Positions 1 to 11,130 are shown, counted from the first letter of the stretch. The stretch: DNA of 64,000 nucleotides from Nitrospirota bacterium (GCA_963796125.1 CAWCKM010000050.1:10719-74718), one strand, 5' to 3'. A program made the numbers and translations. The notes: generated by a model not told the origin, from the letters alone.

Positions 1-2
1 CG

Positions 3-131
3 GAGGCAATATCGAACATGCGTGCAGGAAAGGTTCATATTGCTCCAGGATTTGACGGAGAATACGGAAAGATAAAGATCTCTGAGAAAGTGGAGAGGAA
101 AGAGATAAAAGGACAGGGGACACTTTTTTAA
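3..131 (+). CDS. 3' end of endonuclease Q / PHP-UvrD-associated family protein (partial)
   Basis: Manual translation EAISNMRAGKVHIAPGFDGEYGKIKI...QGTLF*; PGxDGEYG is typical of the EndoQ-family C-terminus. Confidence 0.6.
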   Translation, partial: EAISNMRAGKVHIAPGFDGEYGKIKISEKVERKEIKGQGTLF

Positions 132-214
132 ATTTGTGAACAAAGTCTCTACATTGTTTAATTGCTCGAATTCTGCTACAGTTTATAAAAATCAATATTA
201 AAGCGAGGTTTACC

Positions 215-790
215 ATGAACCCAGACGATCTCCTTAAAGAAGCACAATTGCTTCTTGTTGACGGAAAACACAGAGAAAGTATTGAATCATTCACAAGAGC
301 TATCGAGGCAGGTGCTGACCCGTATATTTGTTTTTTAAGCCGTGGTGTTGTTCATTTAAAATTAAAAGAAGTCGATGATGCAATCAATGATTTCAGCAAA
401 GCTATTGAAGCAAACAATAAGAGTGCACGGTCATACTTCTACCGCGGCCTGGCATATATGGATAAAAATGAGTATGAAAAAGCTGCTGACGATTTTTCTC
501 ATGCCCTTGAACGAAAGACAGATTACGGCATGGCAAAATTTTCACGGGCTGTAGCATACGCACGCATGAATAAGACAGAGGAGGCAATCGAGGACATGAT
601 GGTTGTCATACCTGAGATGGAAAAAAATCTTCAGGCTTTCTCTGATTCCTACGGAATTGTAAGAACAGAAATGTGGAAGGTCTTTGCACAACTTTCAGGG
701 GACAGACCATGGCCGACTGTTGAACTGGGTGAAAAAGAGATAGAGACTATCAAGAAATGGCTCAAGGAAGGCGAAGAAAATTCAGGGTGA
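215..790 (+). CDS. TPR repeat protein
   Basis: Several TPR-like units (AINDFSKAIE, YFYRGLAY, AADDFSHALE); GAGG RBS. Confidence 0.85.
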   Translation: MNPDDLLKEAQLLLVDGKHRESIESFTRAIEAGADPYICFLSRGVVHLKLKEVDDAINDFSKAIEANNKSARSYFYRGLAYMDKNEYEKAADDFSHALERKTDYGMAKFSRAVAYARMNKTEEAIEDMMVVIPEMEKNLQAFSDSYGIVRTEMWKVFAQLSGDRPWPTVELGEKEIETIKKWLKEGEENSG

Positions 791-805
791 CATTTTACAT
801 TTATG

Positions 806-1469
806 TTATTCAATAAATCTTACTATCTGATCCGTTTCAACCCTGTCTGTTCTGAATTTATTTACTGGAGATTCCAGATCAGGATAGCCTACTGACATTC
901 CAAGAACAAGTCTTTTTGTTTCCGGAATCCCTAAAAAATTTTTTACGTGCTGTGCATAATCTGTAACAAATGCCTGTGGAACAGTCCCCAGTCCATATGC
1001 ATGGGCTGCAAGCATAAGGCTCTGTGCAAATAATCCCATATCAAAAATAGACCATACGGGCAACGATGAATCCTGAAAGAGAAAGATGCCGTGTGGAGCT
1101 CCATAAAACTGGAAGTTTGCTATTTTTGCCTTTTTCAAAGCTTCCGGTGAAAACATATCCACCCCTGTGAATTCACTCCTTTTCTTCAAAAGTGCACGTA
1201 ATCCTTGCTTCTATATGGGACGGCCATGACTGAGGCTCGGGAATGTCAGGAGAAGGTTTGGTATTCTTTTCGAGTTCTTCTAATAGAATTTTTGATAATT
1301 CTTCTTTCTTCTTGCCTGAAATAATAACAACTTCCCATGGCTGGGTGTTCTTGTACGAAGGACTCCATTTTGCCGTTTCGACAATAGCCTTCAGTATTTC
1401 CACCGGGACAGGATGCGGTTTAAACCCCCTGATGCTCATCCTCGTCTTAATGCATTCAATGATATCCAT
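806..1469 (-). CDS. Nitroreductase family protein (frameshift near 1180)
   Basis: N-half RMSIRGF...SPSYKNTQPW (1173-1469) joins C-half FYGAP...AHAYGLGT...VGYPD (806-1189). Confidence 0.85.
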
Positions 1470-1551
1470 CGTTTCCTCCTTTTAAAAATTATTCACAGAA
1501 AGAGATGTGGTCAGGTTTTATTCTGCTGATTATCCTTTCCCTCTGATAAAT

Positions 1552-1980
1552 CTATTTTATATAGTATCCTGAGACCCTCCATTTCCCGTCTTTATCCAGC
1601 ATTGGCGTAATTGTCTCTGTTGCATGCTGTTTATTTTTAAACGATGTCTCATATTGAATAACAACATATTCACCATCCGGAGCGCCGGGGAGAGTTTTTG
1701 TGTAATTTTTGGATTTCAGATTCCTTGAAAGGACTACACCAAGCGGATTTCTGAATGATTCAAGTGAATTCCTCCACTGTTCTCTGGGAACAGCATTCTT
1801 GAAATATTGCGCAGCTTCGTCCCAGCTCTCAGAGTATTTGCCTTCATCAACCAATTTCAACCATGCCTTTGCAGTATGTACCGCAGCTTTCTCTTTTGAC
1901 TGGTCTGCCATAACATACTGAAAAAATGCAAGCAAACATATAAACCCTAATGATAATACTATCCTTGATTTACGTTTCAC
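1552..1980 (-). CDS. DUF4019 family exported protein
   Basis: Signal peptide; WLKLVDEGKY, LPGAPDGEYVVIQYETSF, WRVSGYYIK. Confidence 0.8.
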   Translation of the reverse strand: MKRKSRIVLSLGFICLLAFFQYVMADQSKEKAAVHTAKAWLKLVDEGKYSESWDEAAQYFKNAVPREQWRNSLESFRNPLGVVLSRNLKSKNYTKTLPGAPDGEYVVIQYETSFKNKQHATETITPMLDKDGKWRVSGYYIK

Positions 1981-2006
1981 TCTTGCCTCCTTGAATCAAT
2001 CAATGT

Positions 2007-2339
2007 TTAACCGCTCTTCTTTACAGAGAAAAGAGGGTCACTTATCATCTCATGACGGCACACAGGGCATTTGCCCGGCTTTCTTAGCCTCTCCCTCTTT
2101 CTGAACACAAAGCCGCATTTCTTGCATGCTGCAGGTGTAACAACAAAATTATGTTCTCTTCTGTTGATTGTCCTCAGGATATGCTCAAGGTGTTCGTATA
2201 CTTCTCTTTCGCTAACACCAATACAGGCGGATATTTCCCTGGCTGAGAAGGCCCTGTTTTCAAGTAAAGATCTTATTTCTTTACGGATGGTATCGTGCCT
2301 TTCAACAGGTACAAAGGGTTCCTCAGGTTTCTTTTTCAC
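2007..2339 (-). CDS. HTH + Zn-ribbon transcriptional regulator (COG3357-like)
   Basis: wHTH (SAREIS...VYEHLEHI) followed by CKKC...CPVC. Confidence 0.75.
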   Translation of the reverse strand: MKKKPEEPFVPVERHDTIRKEIRSLLENRAFSAREISACIGVSEREVYEHLEHILRTINRREHNFVVTPAACKKCGFVFRKRERLRKPGKCPVCRHEMISDPLFSVKKSG

Positions 2340-2347
2340 ATCCTGTC

Positions 2348-2776
2348 TTACCCTATCTCTACAAGATCTATATTGAACGTGAGATCTTTTCCAGCCAGGG
2401 GATGGTTGGCATCAAGAGTTATAGAATCCCCTGATATTTCTGTGATTGTTGCTAACAGGTTTCTCCCATCCGGACTTACGAGGTTAATGACAAGCCCCCC
2501 TTTTGGTTCAATATCCGGGGGAAAATCGGATTTGTTAAACTTAAGCAAAAGATCTTCCCTGTGGGAACCGTAAGCCTCATCTGAAGGAATCCTTAGTGAC
2601 TTTGTTTCTCCTACAGACATTCCTATAACAGCTTCCTCAAAACCCTTGATGAGCTGTCCTTTGCCAAGGGTAAACTGAAGAGGGTCGCGTTCTTTTGAAG
2701 AATCAAAGACCGTACCGTCTTCCAAAGTGCCTGTGTAGTGAACCTTTACGGTATCACCATTTTTTGCCTCTGACAT
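2348..2776 (-). CDS. slyD: FKBP-type peptidyl-prolyl isomerase (SlyD-like, no His tail)
   Basis: VKVHYTGTLEDGTVFDSS, DANHPLAGKDLTF. Confidence 0.85.
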   Translation of the reverse strand: MSEAKNGDTVKVHYTGTLEDGTVFDSSKERDPLQFTLGKGQLIKGFEEAVIGMSVGETKSLRIPSDEAYGSHREDLLLKFNKSDFPPDIEPKGGLVINLVSPDGRNLLATITEISGDSITLDANHPLAGKDLTFNIDLVEIG

Positions 2777-2845
2777 TTTCTTCTCCTCCTGTTTTATGAT
2801 TATAATAACATGCTACTATGTATAAAAATTGAGGAGGTAAGAGAC

Positions 2846-3678
2846 ATGAAAATATATCAATTGCATAGACTTTGCAATCTTATTAAAAATTATTTGAAGC
2901 TTTTTCCGGTTATCATCTCTTGCTTTTATTGCGTGTCAATCAGTTCCAATCACAGGAAGGCAGCAATTGAATCTCGTTCTTCAGGTACCGTTCTCAGTAT
3001 GAGCAACTCTGAATACGGTGAATTTCTTTCGAAAAACAAGGTTATTACAAACACACCGGAAGCGCAGATGGTACAGCAGGTTGGTCAGAACATCCAGCAT
3101 TCGGTAGAAAGATTTTTTGCGCAGAACAATTTATCTGAAAGATTAAAAGGGTATCACTGGGAATTTAACCTTGTCGAGGGGAAGAGTGTCAACGCCTGGT
3201 GTATGCCGGGCGGTAAAGTTGTCGTGTACACCGGAATCCTTCCTGTAGCAAAAGATGATGTTGGTCTGGCTGTTGTTGTAGGGCATGAGATTGCCCACGC
3301 TGTAGCACAACATGGTGATGAACGTATGAGCCAGGGGCTGCTTGCACAGATGGGAGGGGTTGCTCTCGCCACTGCACTCTCATCGAAACCAAAGGAGACA
3401 AACCAGTTATTTATGGCAGCCTATGGCATTGGTACACAGGTAGGTGTATTAATGCCCTATAGCAGGCTTCAGGAATCTGAAGCAGACCGCCTTGGCCTGA
3501 TCTTCATGGCTATGGCAGGATATGATCCTCGTGCTGCTGTTGATTTCTGGAAAAGAATGGCAGCAAAGAAGAGGGAGCATCTCTTCCGGAATTCCTGAGT
3601 ACTCATCCGGCAGACGAAACCAGGATCAGGAACCTGGAGAAGTTAATTCCCGAGGCAATGCAGTATTACAAGAGTTAG
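2846..3678 (+). CDS. M48 family zinc metallopeptidase (frameshifted)
   Basis: VNAWCMPGG, HEIAH, ESEADRLG; C-terminal FLSTHP..RI continues in another frame to TAG 3678. Confidence 0.85.
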
Positions 3679-3687
3679 AGAGATATA

Positions 3688-5076
3688 TCAAAACCCTATA
3701 GTCTGCGGCGCCCTCGGGCAGGGGATTACATCGCGGATATTGGGCATACCTGTTATATACTGAACCAGTCTTTCAAATCCCAAGCCGAAACCTGCATGTG
3801 GAGCAGTTCCAAACCTCCGGAGATCGAGATACCATTGAAGATTTTCTGAAGGTATTCTCATCTCCTTCATCCTCTCTTCCAGCACATCAAGCCTTTCCTC
3901 ACGCTGGCTTCCACCAATAATCTCACCCACTTTTGGGACAAGAACGTCCATTGCAGCCACGGTTCTTCCATCAGGGTTCAGCTTCATATAAAAGGCCTTT
4001 ATCTCTTTCGGGTAATCTGTCACAATAACCGGCCCCTTGAAGACACTGTCCGTAAGATACCGTTCATGCTCAGACTGCAAATCCAACCCCCATGCAACGG
4101 GAAATTCAAACTTTTCTTTAGCATCCCTCAATTCCTTTACAGCATCAGCATAGGTAACATGCATACAAGGCATGTCAGCCAGTCTGGCAAGCTCTGCAAG
4201 AGAAATTTTCCTATACTGATTCTCAAGGAATGAAAGTTCTTTTTCTCCTTTTTCCAGAACAACTCTGCAAAGGAAGCGGAAAAAATCCTCTGCCAGCTCC
4301 ATATCATCCCTGAGATCGGCAAAAGCCATTTCAGGTTCGACCATCCAGAACTCTGACAGATGACGTGTTGTGTTTGAATTTTCAGCCCTGAACGTAGGGC
4401 CAAAGGTGTATACGTTTCCGAGAGACATGGACATAAACTCTGCCTCAAGCTGTCCGCTCACTGATAAAAAAGTGCGCCTGCCAAACAGGTCCTGTGAAAA
4501 ATCTATGCTCCCATCTTCTCTTTTTGGAAGATAATCAAGATCAAGGGAAGTTACGGTAAACAGTTCCCCCGCGCCTTCACAATCACTGGACGTGATGATG
4601 GGAGTATGCACCCATATGAATCCCCTGTTTTGAAAAAACTCATGGATTGCATGAGCAAGGATATTTCGTAACCTGAATACAGCACCGTAGGTATTCGTTC
4701 TCGGCCTGAGATGGCCTATTTCTCTTAAAAACTCAAGGGTATGTCCTTTCTTCTGAAGGGGATATGTTTCCGGATCTGCTTCTCCAAAAACTTCAATCTC
4801 AGAAACTTCCACCTCATATTTCTGACCCTTTGCAGGTGACTCTTTCAGTATGCCTTTCACACCGATGGCTGATCCGGTATTGCACCGTTGAAGCTGCTGA
4901 AACGCAGGTGAATTCACTGACACAATAAATTGCAGGGTATCCTGCGTGGAACCATCATTCAATGCGAGGAAAGCAAGGCCTTTTGATTCCCTTTTTGTCC
5001 TTACCCAGCCGCATACGGTAACCTGCTGTCCCACATATGTTCCGGCAATGACATCTTTTATGAGCAGCCGTTTCAA
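3688..5076 (-). CDS. asnS: Asparagine--tRNA ligase
   Basis: YPLQKKGH, FGPTFRAENSNTTRHLSEFWMVEPE, GFGLGFER. Confidence 0.97.
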   Translation of the reverse strand: MKRLLIKDVIAGTYVGQQVTVCGWVRTKRESKGLAFLALNDGSTQDTLQFIVSVNSPAFQQLQRCNTGSAIGVKGILKESPAKGQKYEVEVSEIEVFGEADPETYPLQKKGHTLEFLREIGHLRPRTNTYGAVFRLRNILAHAIHEFFQNRGFIWVHTPIITSSDCEGAGELFTVTSLDLDYLPKREDGSIDFSQDLFGRRTFLSVSGQLEAEFMSMSLGNVYTFGPTFRAENSNTTRHLSEFWMVEPEMAFADLRDDMELAEDFFRFLCRVVLEKGEKELSFLENQYRKISLAELARLADMPCMHVTYADAVKELRDAKEKFEFPVAWGLDLQSEHERYLTDSVFKGPVIVTDYPKEIKAFYMKLNPDGRTVAAMDVLVPKVGEIIGGSQREERLDVLEERMKEMRIPSENLQWYLDLRRFGTAPHAGFGLGFERLVQYITGMPNIRDVIPCPRAPQTIGF

Positions 5077-5085
5077 GGTAGACTC

Positions 5086-6435
5086 TTAATCCGACCGTGG
5101 AATAATGAAGTAAAAATTATTGCCGTACGGTGTGGCTTCATAACCCACTATTCCCCCGTGTAACTCAACAGCATTTTTTACAAACGTCAACCCGTGTCCT
5201 GTTCCCGGTCTGGACCTTGTATTAGTGCCACGATAACCTTCGTCGAATATCTTGTTTCTTTCTTCCGGCGGAATATGTCTTCCGGTGTTGAACACATTGT
5301 ACTTTATTCCGTCTTTTCCCGGGCCAAAATATTCCCTGATTACCTCATGGCCGTAAGACATATATTTCCTTTTCTCTCCCCAGTGCATAATGACCTCTTC
5401 AGTATACTTAAGTGCATTTGAAAAGAGATTGGCATACACCTGCGCCATCAATCCCACATCGACAACACTTATGATTTCTTCGTCAGGAATCCCACTCAGG
5501 CGGTCATCTATGGTTATACCGGCATTTCCAAACTGCTCCACATAACGCTCAAGCTGGGACTGCACAACATCCTTTTTCATGTTGCATAACTTTGTGCGGA
5601 GCGTAAGCCTGCCCTGGTCAAAGTGACTCCTTCGGAATAGTGTTTCAAGGAATAAGCTCGTGTTCGCATAATGCTTTCCGATATTCTCAAGCTCTTCAGT
5701 CAAGCCCTTGTTAACTTCTTTTAATTCCTTCAGGAAATTTTCCATGGTATTATCATCACCCTGCTTATTGCACAGGTCAGAGAGAAGTGTTTCTATTGCT
5801 ATGTTTTTCATAATCTTTCCCCTCAACCGTCTCAGATACAGCCTATAGACAATATTGGGGGCAATGACGTTATGCTCAATATCGGCAATAAGGGTACGAA
5901 TGAATTTCAAGTGTTCGACATTTTTCTCAGCAATGAATTTGTCATGCATATTGAAACCGATACGGTTCGCAAATTTTTGCAAAAAAAGTTCATTATGTAA
6001 GGTTCTGTCTTCAACCGGGTATATTTCCAGCAGTCCAAGGACATTATCCTGCGCCTTAAAAGGGAGCTGGTCAAGAAGATATTTTTTACCGTAAATAGGG
6101 AAAACAAGACTCTTCTTGTCGGTATAATAAGGATATCCATAAGGGGTCACATTTTCTGAAAAAATTAATTTTGATTCATATTCCTGGTCGTCAGTTGTTG
6201 TGACAAGCTGCATCGTATTTGATTTAGGGTTTCTAAGATAGAGATTGGCGTCAAGATTTAAGAAACTTTTGGGTATTGCAACACATAAAGAATAGAAGTC
6301 ATCAATATCATCAAACTCCTGGGCAAGATCAAAAAAGGTCATGATAGCGTTATACTCTATTTGTCCAAAACCATAACGCTGATAGTCGTTCTTCTTAATT
6401 TCTATTCTCTCTAAGATGTCTTCGAAAGTATTCAT
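5086..6435 (-). CDS. Cytoplasmic sensor histidine kinase
   Basis: HATPase boxes NLFSNALKY, NTGRHIP, GTGHGL; atypical H-box DIEHN; no TM seen. Confidence 0.8.
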   Translation of the reverse strand: MNTFEDILERIEIKKNDYQRYGFGQIEYNAIMTFFDLAQEFDDIDDFYSLCVAIPKSFLNLDANLYLRNPKSNTMQLVTTTDDQEYESKLIFSENVTPYGYPYYTDKKSLVFPIYGKKYLLDQLPFKAQDNVLGLLEIYPVEDRTLHNELFLQKFANRIGFNMHDKFIAEKNVEHLKFIRTLIADIEHNVIAPNIVYRLYLRRLRGKIMKNIAIETLLSDLCNKQGDDNTMENFLKELKEVNKGLTEELENIGKHYANTSLFLETLFRRSHFDQGRLTLRTKLCNMKKDVVQSQLERYVEQFGNAGITIDDRLSGIPDEEIISVVDVGLMAQVYANLFSNALKYTEEVIMHWGEKRKYMSYGHEVIREYFGPGKDGIKYNVFNTGRHIPPEERNKIFDEGYRGTNTRSRPGTGHGLTFVKNAVELHGGIVGYEATPYGNNFYFIIPRSD

Positions 6436-6527
6436 GTCACATGTTTATCTTACAATACTCATCGAATATTCCTTCATGCTCATTCTCATTTTATCATATG
6501 CCTCACAGACCTTTCCTGATATTCTTA

Positions 6528-6578
6528 TTCACAATTTTTCATAATTTATTCATTGTTTCTTCACAAGTTTCATATACT
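6528..6578 (+). promoter_or_regulatory. Four TTCAYAA-like direct repeats followed by a -10-like TATACT, upstream of degQ
   Basis: Repeats start at 6528, 6538, 6549, 6560; a near-identical array lies at 21470. Confidence 0.6.
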
Positions 6579-6610
6579 CTAAATGCAAAAAGAATCTCAA
6601 AGGAGGAAAA

Positions 6611-8065
6611 ATGGTTTTGAGAAGGAGACTGTTTCCACTTATTTCATTATCAGTGCTTATTGTCCTGCTTACATGGCTTAGTCTTGCCCATCAAACAGAA
6701 GCATCTGATAGTGGATTGAAGATCTCACAGGAGTCTGTGGACATACTTTCTAAAACGAATCAGGCAATGGCAGAAGTAGTCACTGCTGTAAAACCTGCTG
6801 TTGTAAACATTGCATCAACAAGAATACTGGAAAAACGGGAAACACCTTCCCCTTTCTTCAACGATCCATTCTTCAGGAGGTTCTTTGGTGAAGAATTCGG
6901 ACCTTCTGATAAACCCAGGAAATATAAACAGTCCGGGCTCGGTTCAGGAGTTATTGTAGATGAAAACGGTTATATCCTCACCAATAACCATGTCATAAAA
7001 GATGCTGACGAGATAGTAGTGAAGTTGTCAGATAAAAGGGAATTTAAAGGAAAAGTCATCGGAACAGATGCAAAGACCGACCTTGCCGTTATAAAGATAG
7101 ATTCAAATAACCTGCCCGTTCTGAAGCTCGGTGACTCTGATGAATTAAAAGTCGGGGAGACGGTCCTGGCAATCGGTAATCCCTTTGGATTAAGCCATAC
7201 GGTAACATCCGGGATAGTCAGTGCAACAGGGAGGGCTCAGGTAGGAATCGCAGATTATGAAGACTTTATACAAACTGATGCTCCCATTAATCCGGGCAAT
7301 TCCGGCGGCGCCCTGGTGAATATAAGGGGCGAACTTGTCGGAGTCAATACAGCGATATTCAGCACAACCGGTGGATATCAGGGAATAGGATTTGCCATAC
7401 CAAGCAATATGGTAAAAGCAGTGATGGAAAGCCTTATTAAAACCGGAAAAGTCACCAGAGGATGGCTCGGGGTGCACATACAGCCCCTGACACCAGACCT
7501 GGCAAAGCAATTCAATCTCAAAGAAGAAAAAGGTGTTCTTGTGGGAGATGTTGTGGAGAACAGCCCGGCTGAAAAGGCTGGCCTGCAGAGAGGAGATGTT
7601 ATGGTCAAATTTGACGGCAAGGACATCAGAGATGCCCTGAGCCTCAGAAATATGGTGGCAAACACATTACCAGATACAGCGGTTGTGATTAATATTATTC
7701 GTGATGCGAAACCAGAGACTGTGAGAGTTATCATTTCTGAAACTCCTGAAGAGACACAAACACTATCTAAATCTTTTGATAATCAACTGAAAGGTGTTTA
7801 TGTGCAGACTCTTACTCCTGAATTGAGTAAAAGCATGGGAATACCAAAACGGATGCAGGGAGTTGTGATAACTGACATCGAAGAAGGCAGTCCTGCCGAA
7901 GGTATTTTAGGAAGAGACGATGTGATAATGGAAATCAACAGGAACAAGATCATAGATACGAAGGGTTATGAGGCGGTTGTTTCCAAAATCGATCCAAACC
8001 AGAATATACTCCTCCTGATATACAGGAAGGGTTCAACCCTCTACATCACTTTGTCGGCTCAGTGA
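6611..8065 (+). CDS. degQ: Do/DegQ family periplasmic serine protease with two PDZ domains
   Basis: TNNHVI, TDLAVIKI, GNSGGAL triad motifs; signal peptide. Confidence 0.92.
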   Translation: MVLRRRLFPLISLSVLIVLLTWLSLAHQTEASDSGLKISQESVDILSKTNQAMAEVVTAVKPAVVNIASTRILEKRETPSPFFNDPFFRRFFGEEFGPSDKPRKYKQSGLGSGVIVDENGYILTNNHVIKDADEIVVKLSDKREFKGKVIGTDAKTDLAVIKIDSNNLPVLKLGDSDELKVGETVLAIGNPFGLSHTVTSGIVSATGRAQVGIADYEDFIQTDAPINPGNSGGALVNIRGELVGVNTAIFSTTGGYQGIGFAIPSNMVKAVMESLIKTGKVTRGWLGVHIQPLTPDLAKQFNLKEEKGVLVGDVVENSPAEKAGLQRGDVMVKFDGKDIRDALSLRNMVANTLPDTAVVINIIRDAKPETVRVIISETPEETQTLSKSFDNQLKGVYVQTLTPELSKSMGIPKRMQGVVITDIEEGSPAEGILGRDDVIMEINRNKIIDTKGYEAVVSKIDPNQNILLLIYRKGSTLYITLSAQ

Positions 8066-8541
8066 TTATCTGGAATATTTAAGTCACCCCTCCTGGGCAG
8101 GAGCTACTGTCCCCAACAGACCTCCTGCCCTCCCCCTTTGAGACCATTTTATTCGGAAGAACTCTGTTCAATGATTGTTGCTCTGTTTATGTGACCTTCG
8201 TCTTCAAGCGAGTCGTAGACCATCTTCCTTTTTAACCCCTCCCGTCCTCCCCTTAAGTTAAGGGGAGGTAGAAGGTGGGGTTATGATTAAAGTGGGCCTG
8301 AAAATCTGAACAATTCAGAATCTGCATATAACATGATAAAATATATCTCTTCAGAGGAGGTGCAGATGTCATTGTTATGGAAAGATAAAAACTTTTCGGC
8401 TGTCGTCAAGGTGAAAATTTGTTTTTTCCTTGTCTTAGCAATGTTCATTTGTCATGGCTGTAAGGAAGAAATGCCTTTCAGCCAATTAAAACAGCGTTCA
8501 GGCATTATGACAATATTCCGAAAAAAGTTTGGGAGGTAGAA

Positions 8542-9019
8542 ATGGAAAAGAAAACAAAAGATCCTCAAAAAACCTATACAAAGCCTGATGATGAGACCCT
8601 GAGAAAGAAACTGACACCGATTCAGTACAAGGTCACACAGAAAGACGGAACAGAACCGCCATTTCAGAATGAATACTGGGATAACAAGAGAGAAGGAATA
8701 TATGTTGATATTGTTTCAGGAGAACCGTTGTTCAGTTCACTCGATAAATATGATTCCGGAACGGGATGGCCGAGCTTCACAAAACCTCTTGAACCCGGCA
8801 ATATTGTAGAACGGGAAGACACAAGTCTTTTCTCGAAGCGGACAGAGGTGAGGAGCAAGCACGGTAATTCACATCTCGGCCACGTGTTTAATGATGGACC
8901 TCCACCAACAGGGCTCAGGTACTGCATGAACTCTGCTGCACTGCAGGTTTATCCCGAAAGATGACCTTGAAAAAGAAGGATACGGAGAATACCTTAAGTT
9001 ATTTAAGAAGTCTCAGTAA
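8542..9019 (+). CDS. msrB: Peptide-methionine (R)-S-oxide reductase (frameshift near 8945)
   Basis: [25 protein letters not shown]; tail [16 protein letters not shown] in shifted frame. Confidence 0.92.
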
Positions 9020-9023
9020 ATAT

Positions 9024-10404
9024 ATGCCCGACAAACAATTAAAGATATTCTTTTCAGGTATTGCTGGAAGTGGTATGTCAGCAATAGCCTGTTTTATGTC
9101 TGACAGGGGTCATAAAGTTGTAGGTTCAGACAGGGGTTTTGACAGCAATCCCAGGGCATCCTCTCTGCACCATATTAAAGTCTAAAGGAATCACTATTGT
9201 ACCCCAGGATGGAAACGGTATTGACCGCTCATTTGACTTTGTAGTCTTCAGCACTGCTGTTGAACATGACATGCCGGAATTCACAAAAGCAACATCTCTA
9301 AGAATTCCTATCAAGACGAGGCCGGAATACCTTGCAGAGCTTTCATCGGAATTCAAAACCATTGCTGTTGCCGGCACAAGCGGAAAATCAACAACGTCAG
9401 GTATGCTTGCTTTTTTGATGGACAGACTTGGACTGAAACCAAATTTTATCGGCGGAGGCAGGGTAAAGCAATTCAAGACAGAAACACATCCTGGGAATTC
9501 CCTTGCTGGTGATAGCAGTACTCTCGTCATTGAGGCATGTGAGTCAGACGGTACAATTGTCAGATATAAACCGGAACATTTGATACTCTTAAATCTACAG
9601 CTTGACCACAATACAATAGATGTGACATCGGAGATGTTCAAAACAATAATGCACAATACAAAGGGAATGATTGTAATCAATGCTGATGACCAGAGACTTC
9701 AAAAAATTACCTCGAAAGGAACAATCACCTTTTCCATAGATTCTCCATCTCAATACAGGGCAACAGATATTTCTTATAATCCTTTTAGTACTGACTTTTC
9801 TGTAGACAATATTCACTTCACTCTCTCTCTTCCGGGAAAATACAACCTCTATAATGCCCTTTCCTGCATAGCCATACTTTCTGAAATGGGGATTCCACTC
9901 AGCAATATCGCAAACATACTCCATGAATTCCAGGGAATAGAAAGACGGTTTGATATCCATCTCAGCAACGGAAAATATCTTGTGATTGATGACTACGCAC
10001 ACAACCCACATAAAATCTCTTCTCTTATGCAAGCAATGAAAAATATCAGAAAAGGTATCTGCTACATCTTTCAGCCCCATGGCTATGGGCCAACAAGGAT
10101 GATGAAGAATGAATACATTGATGCCTTTGCAGAAAATCTCGATGACTCAGACCATCTTATTCTTCTCCCGATCTTCTATGCCGGAGGAACAGCCAGGAAA
10201 GACATATCCAGCCATGACCTCGCTGATGGTATAAGGTACAAAGGGAAGTCTGTGGAAGTTGTCGAGGAAAGAGAGACAGTCTTAAAAATGCTTCATAAAT
10301 GGGATACCTATGTAGTCTTTGGAGCAAGGGATGAGACTCTGTCGGATTTTGCCAGGAGAATTGCTGAAAACTTAACTCATTCACAAATGACTGCAGGCAA
10401 ATAA
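9024..10404 (+). CDS. MurC/Mpl-like Mur ligase (frameshift near 9140-9160)
   Basis: GIAGSGMS, AGTSGKSTT, EACESDG, DDYAHNP, FQPH; standalone, outside a dcw cluster. Confidence 0.85.
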
Positions 10405-10427
10405 CGATGATTAAACGGAGGTCATAG

Positions 10428-11000
10428 ATGAAAGTTATAGCTTTCAATGGAAGCCCGAGGAAAAAAGGCAATACCTATTACTCAATCCAGACTGTATTCA
10501 AGGAGCTAAAAAAAGAAGGCATTAATACTGAACTCATACAGCTTGGAGGGTCAGACATTAAGCCTTGCATGGCATGCTTTAAATGTTTTGAAAATAAAAA
10601 TAGACGCTGCGTGCGGAACGATGAACTAAATGTATTTATTGAAAAAATGATAGAAGCAGACGGAATCATAATCGGTTCACCAACATATTTCAGCAATGTC
10701 TCTCCCGAGGTAAAATCCCTTATTGACCGGGCTGGTCTTGTTGCCCGTGCTAATGACCATCTGTTCAAGAGAAAGGTCGGAGCTGCAGTTGTTGCTGTAA
10801 GAAGGGCAGGCGCAACTCATGTCTATTCGAGCATAAATTTCTTTTTCGGTATCAGCCACATGATTATTCCAGGGTCAAGTTACTGGAACATCGGAATCGG
10901 TCTTAATCCGGGGGATGTTCTTAAGGACAAAGAAGGTATAGCCACCTTTAAAGATTTAGGGAGAAACATAGCGTGGCTCCTGAAGAAGCTCTATGGGTAA
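10428..11000 (+). CDS. Iron-sulfur flavoprotein / flavodoxin family
   Basis: GSPRKKGNT, CMACFKC...C, GSPTYF. Confidence 0.88.
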   Translation: MKVIAFNGSPRKKGNTYYSIQTVFKELKKEGINTELIQLGGSDIKPCMACFKCFENKNRRCVRNDELNVFIEKMIEADGIIIGSPTYFSNVSPEVKSLIDRAGLVARANDHLFKRKVGAAVVAVRRAGATHVYSSINFFFGISHMIIPGSSYWNIGIGLNPGDVLKDKEGIATFKDLGRNIAWLLKKLYG

Positions 11001-11026
11001 TTGCTGAATAAGAGAAGCAATTACTG

Positions 11027-11068
11027 GTCTGGTAGCCAGGGTTCATTGCTGAACCCTGGCTACCAGAC
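11027..11068. terminator. Perfect 19-bp stem hairpin between convergent genes
   Basis: GTCTGGTAGCCAGGGTTCA-ttgc-TGAACCCTGGCTACCAGAC. Confidence 0.65.
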
Positions 11069-11130
11069 TAAAAGAAAAGGGAATGATCAATCACCCCCTT
11101 TCTACGAAAACGAGCACTAAAAAATCTTAT

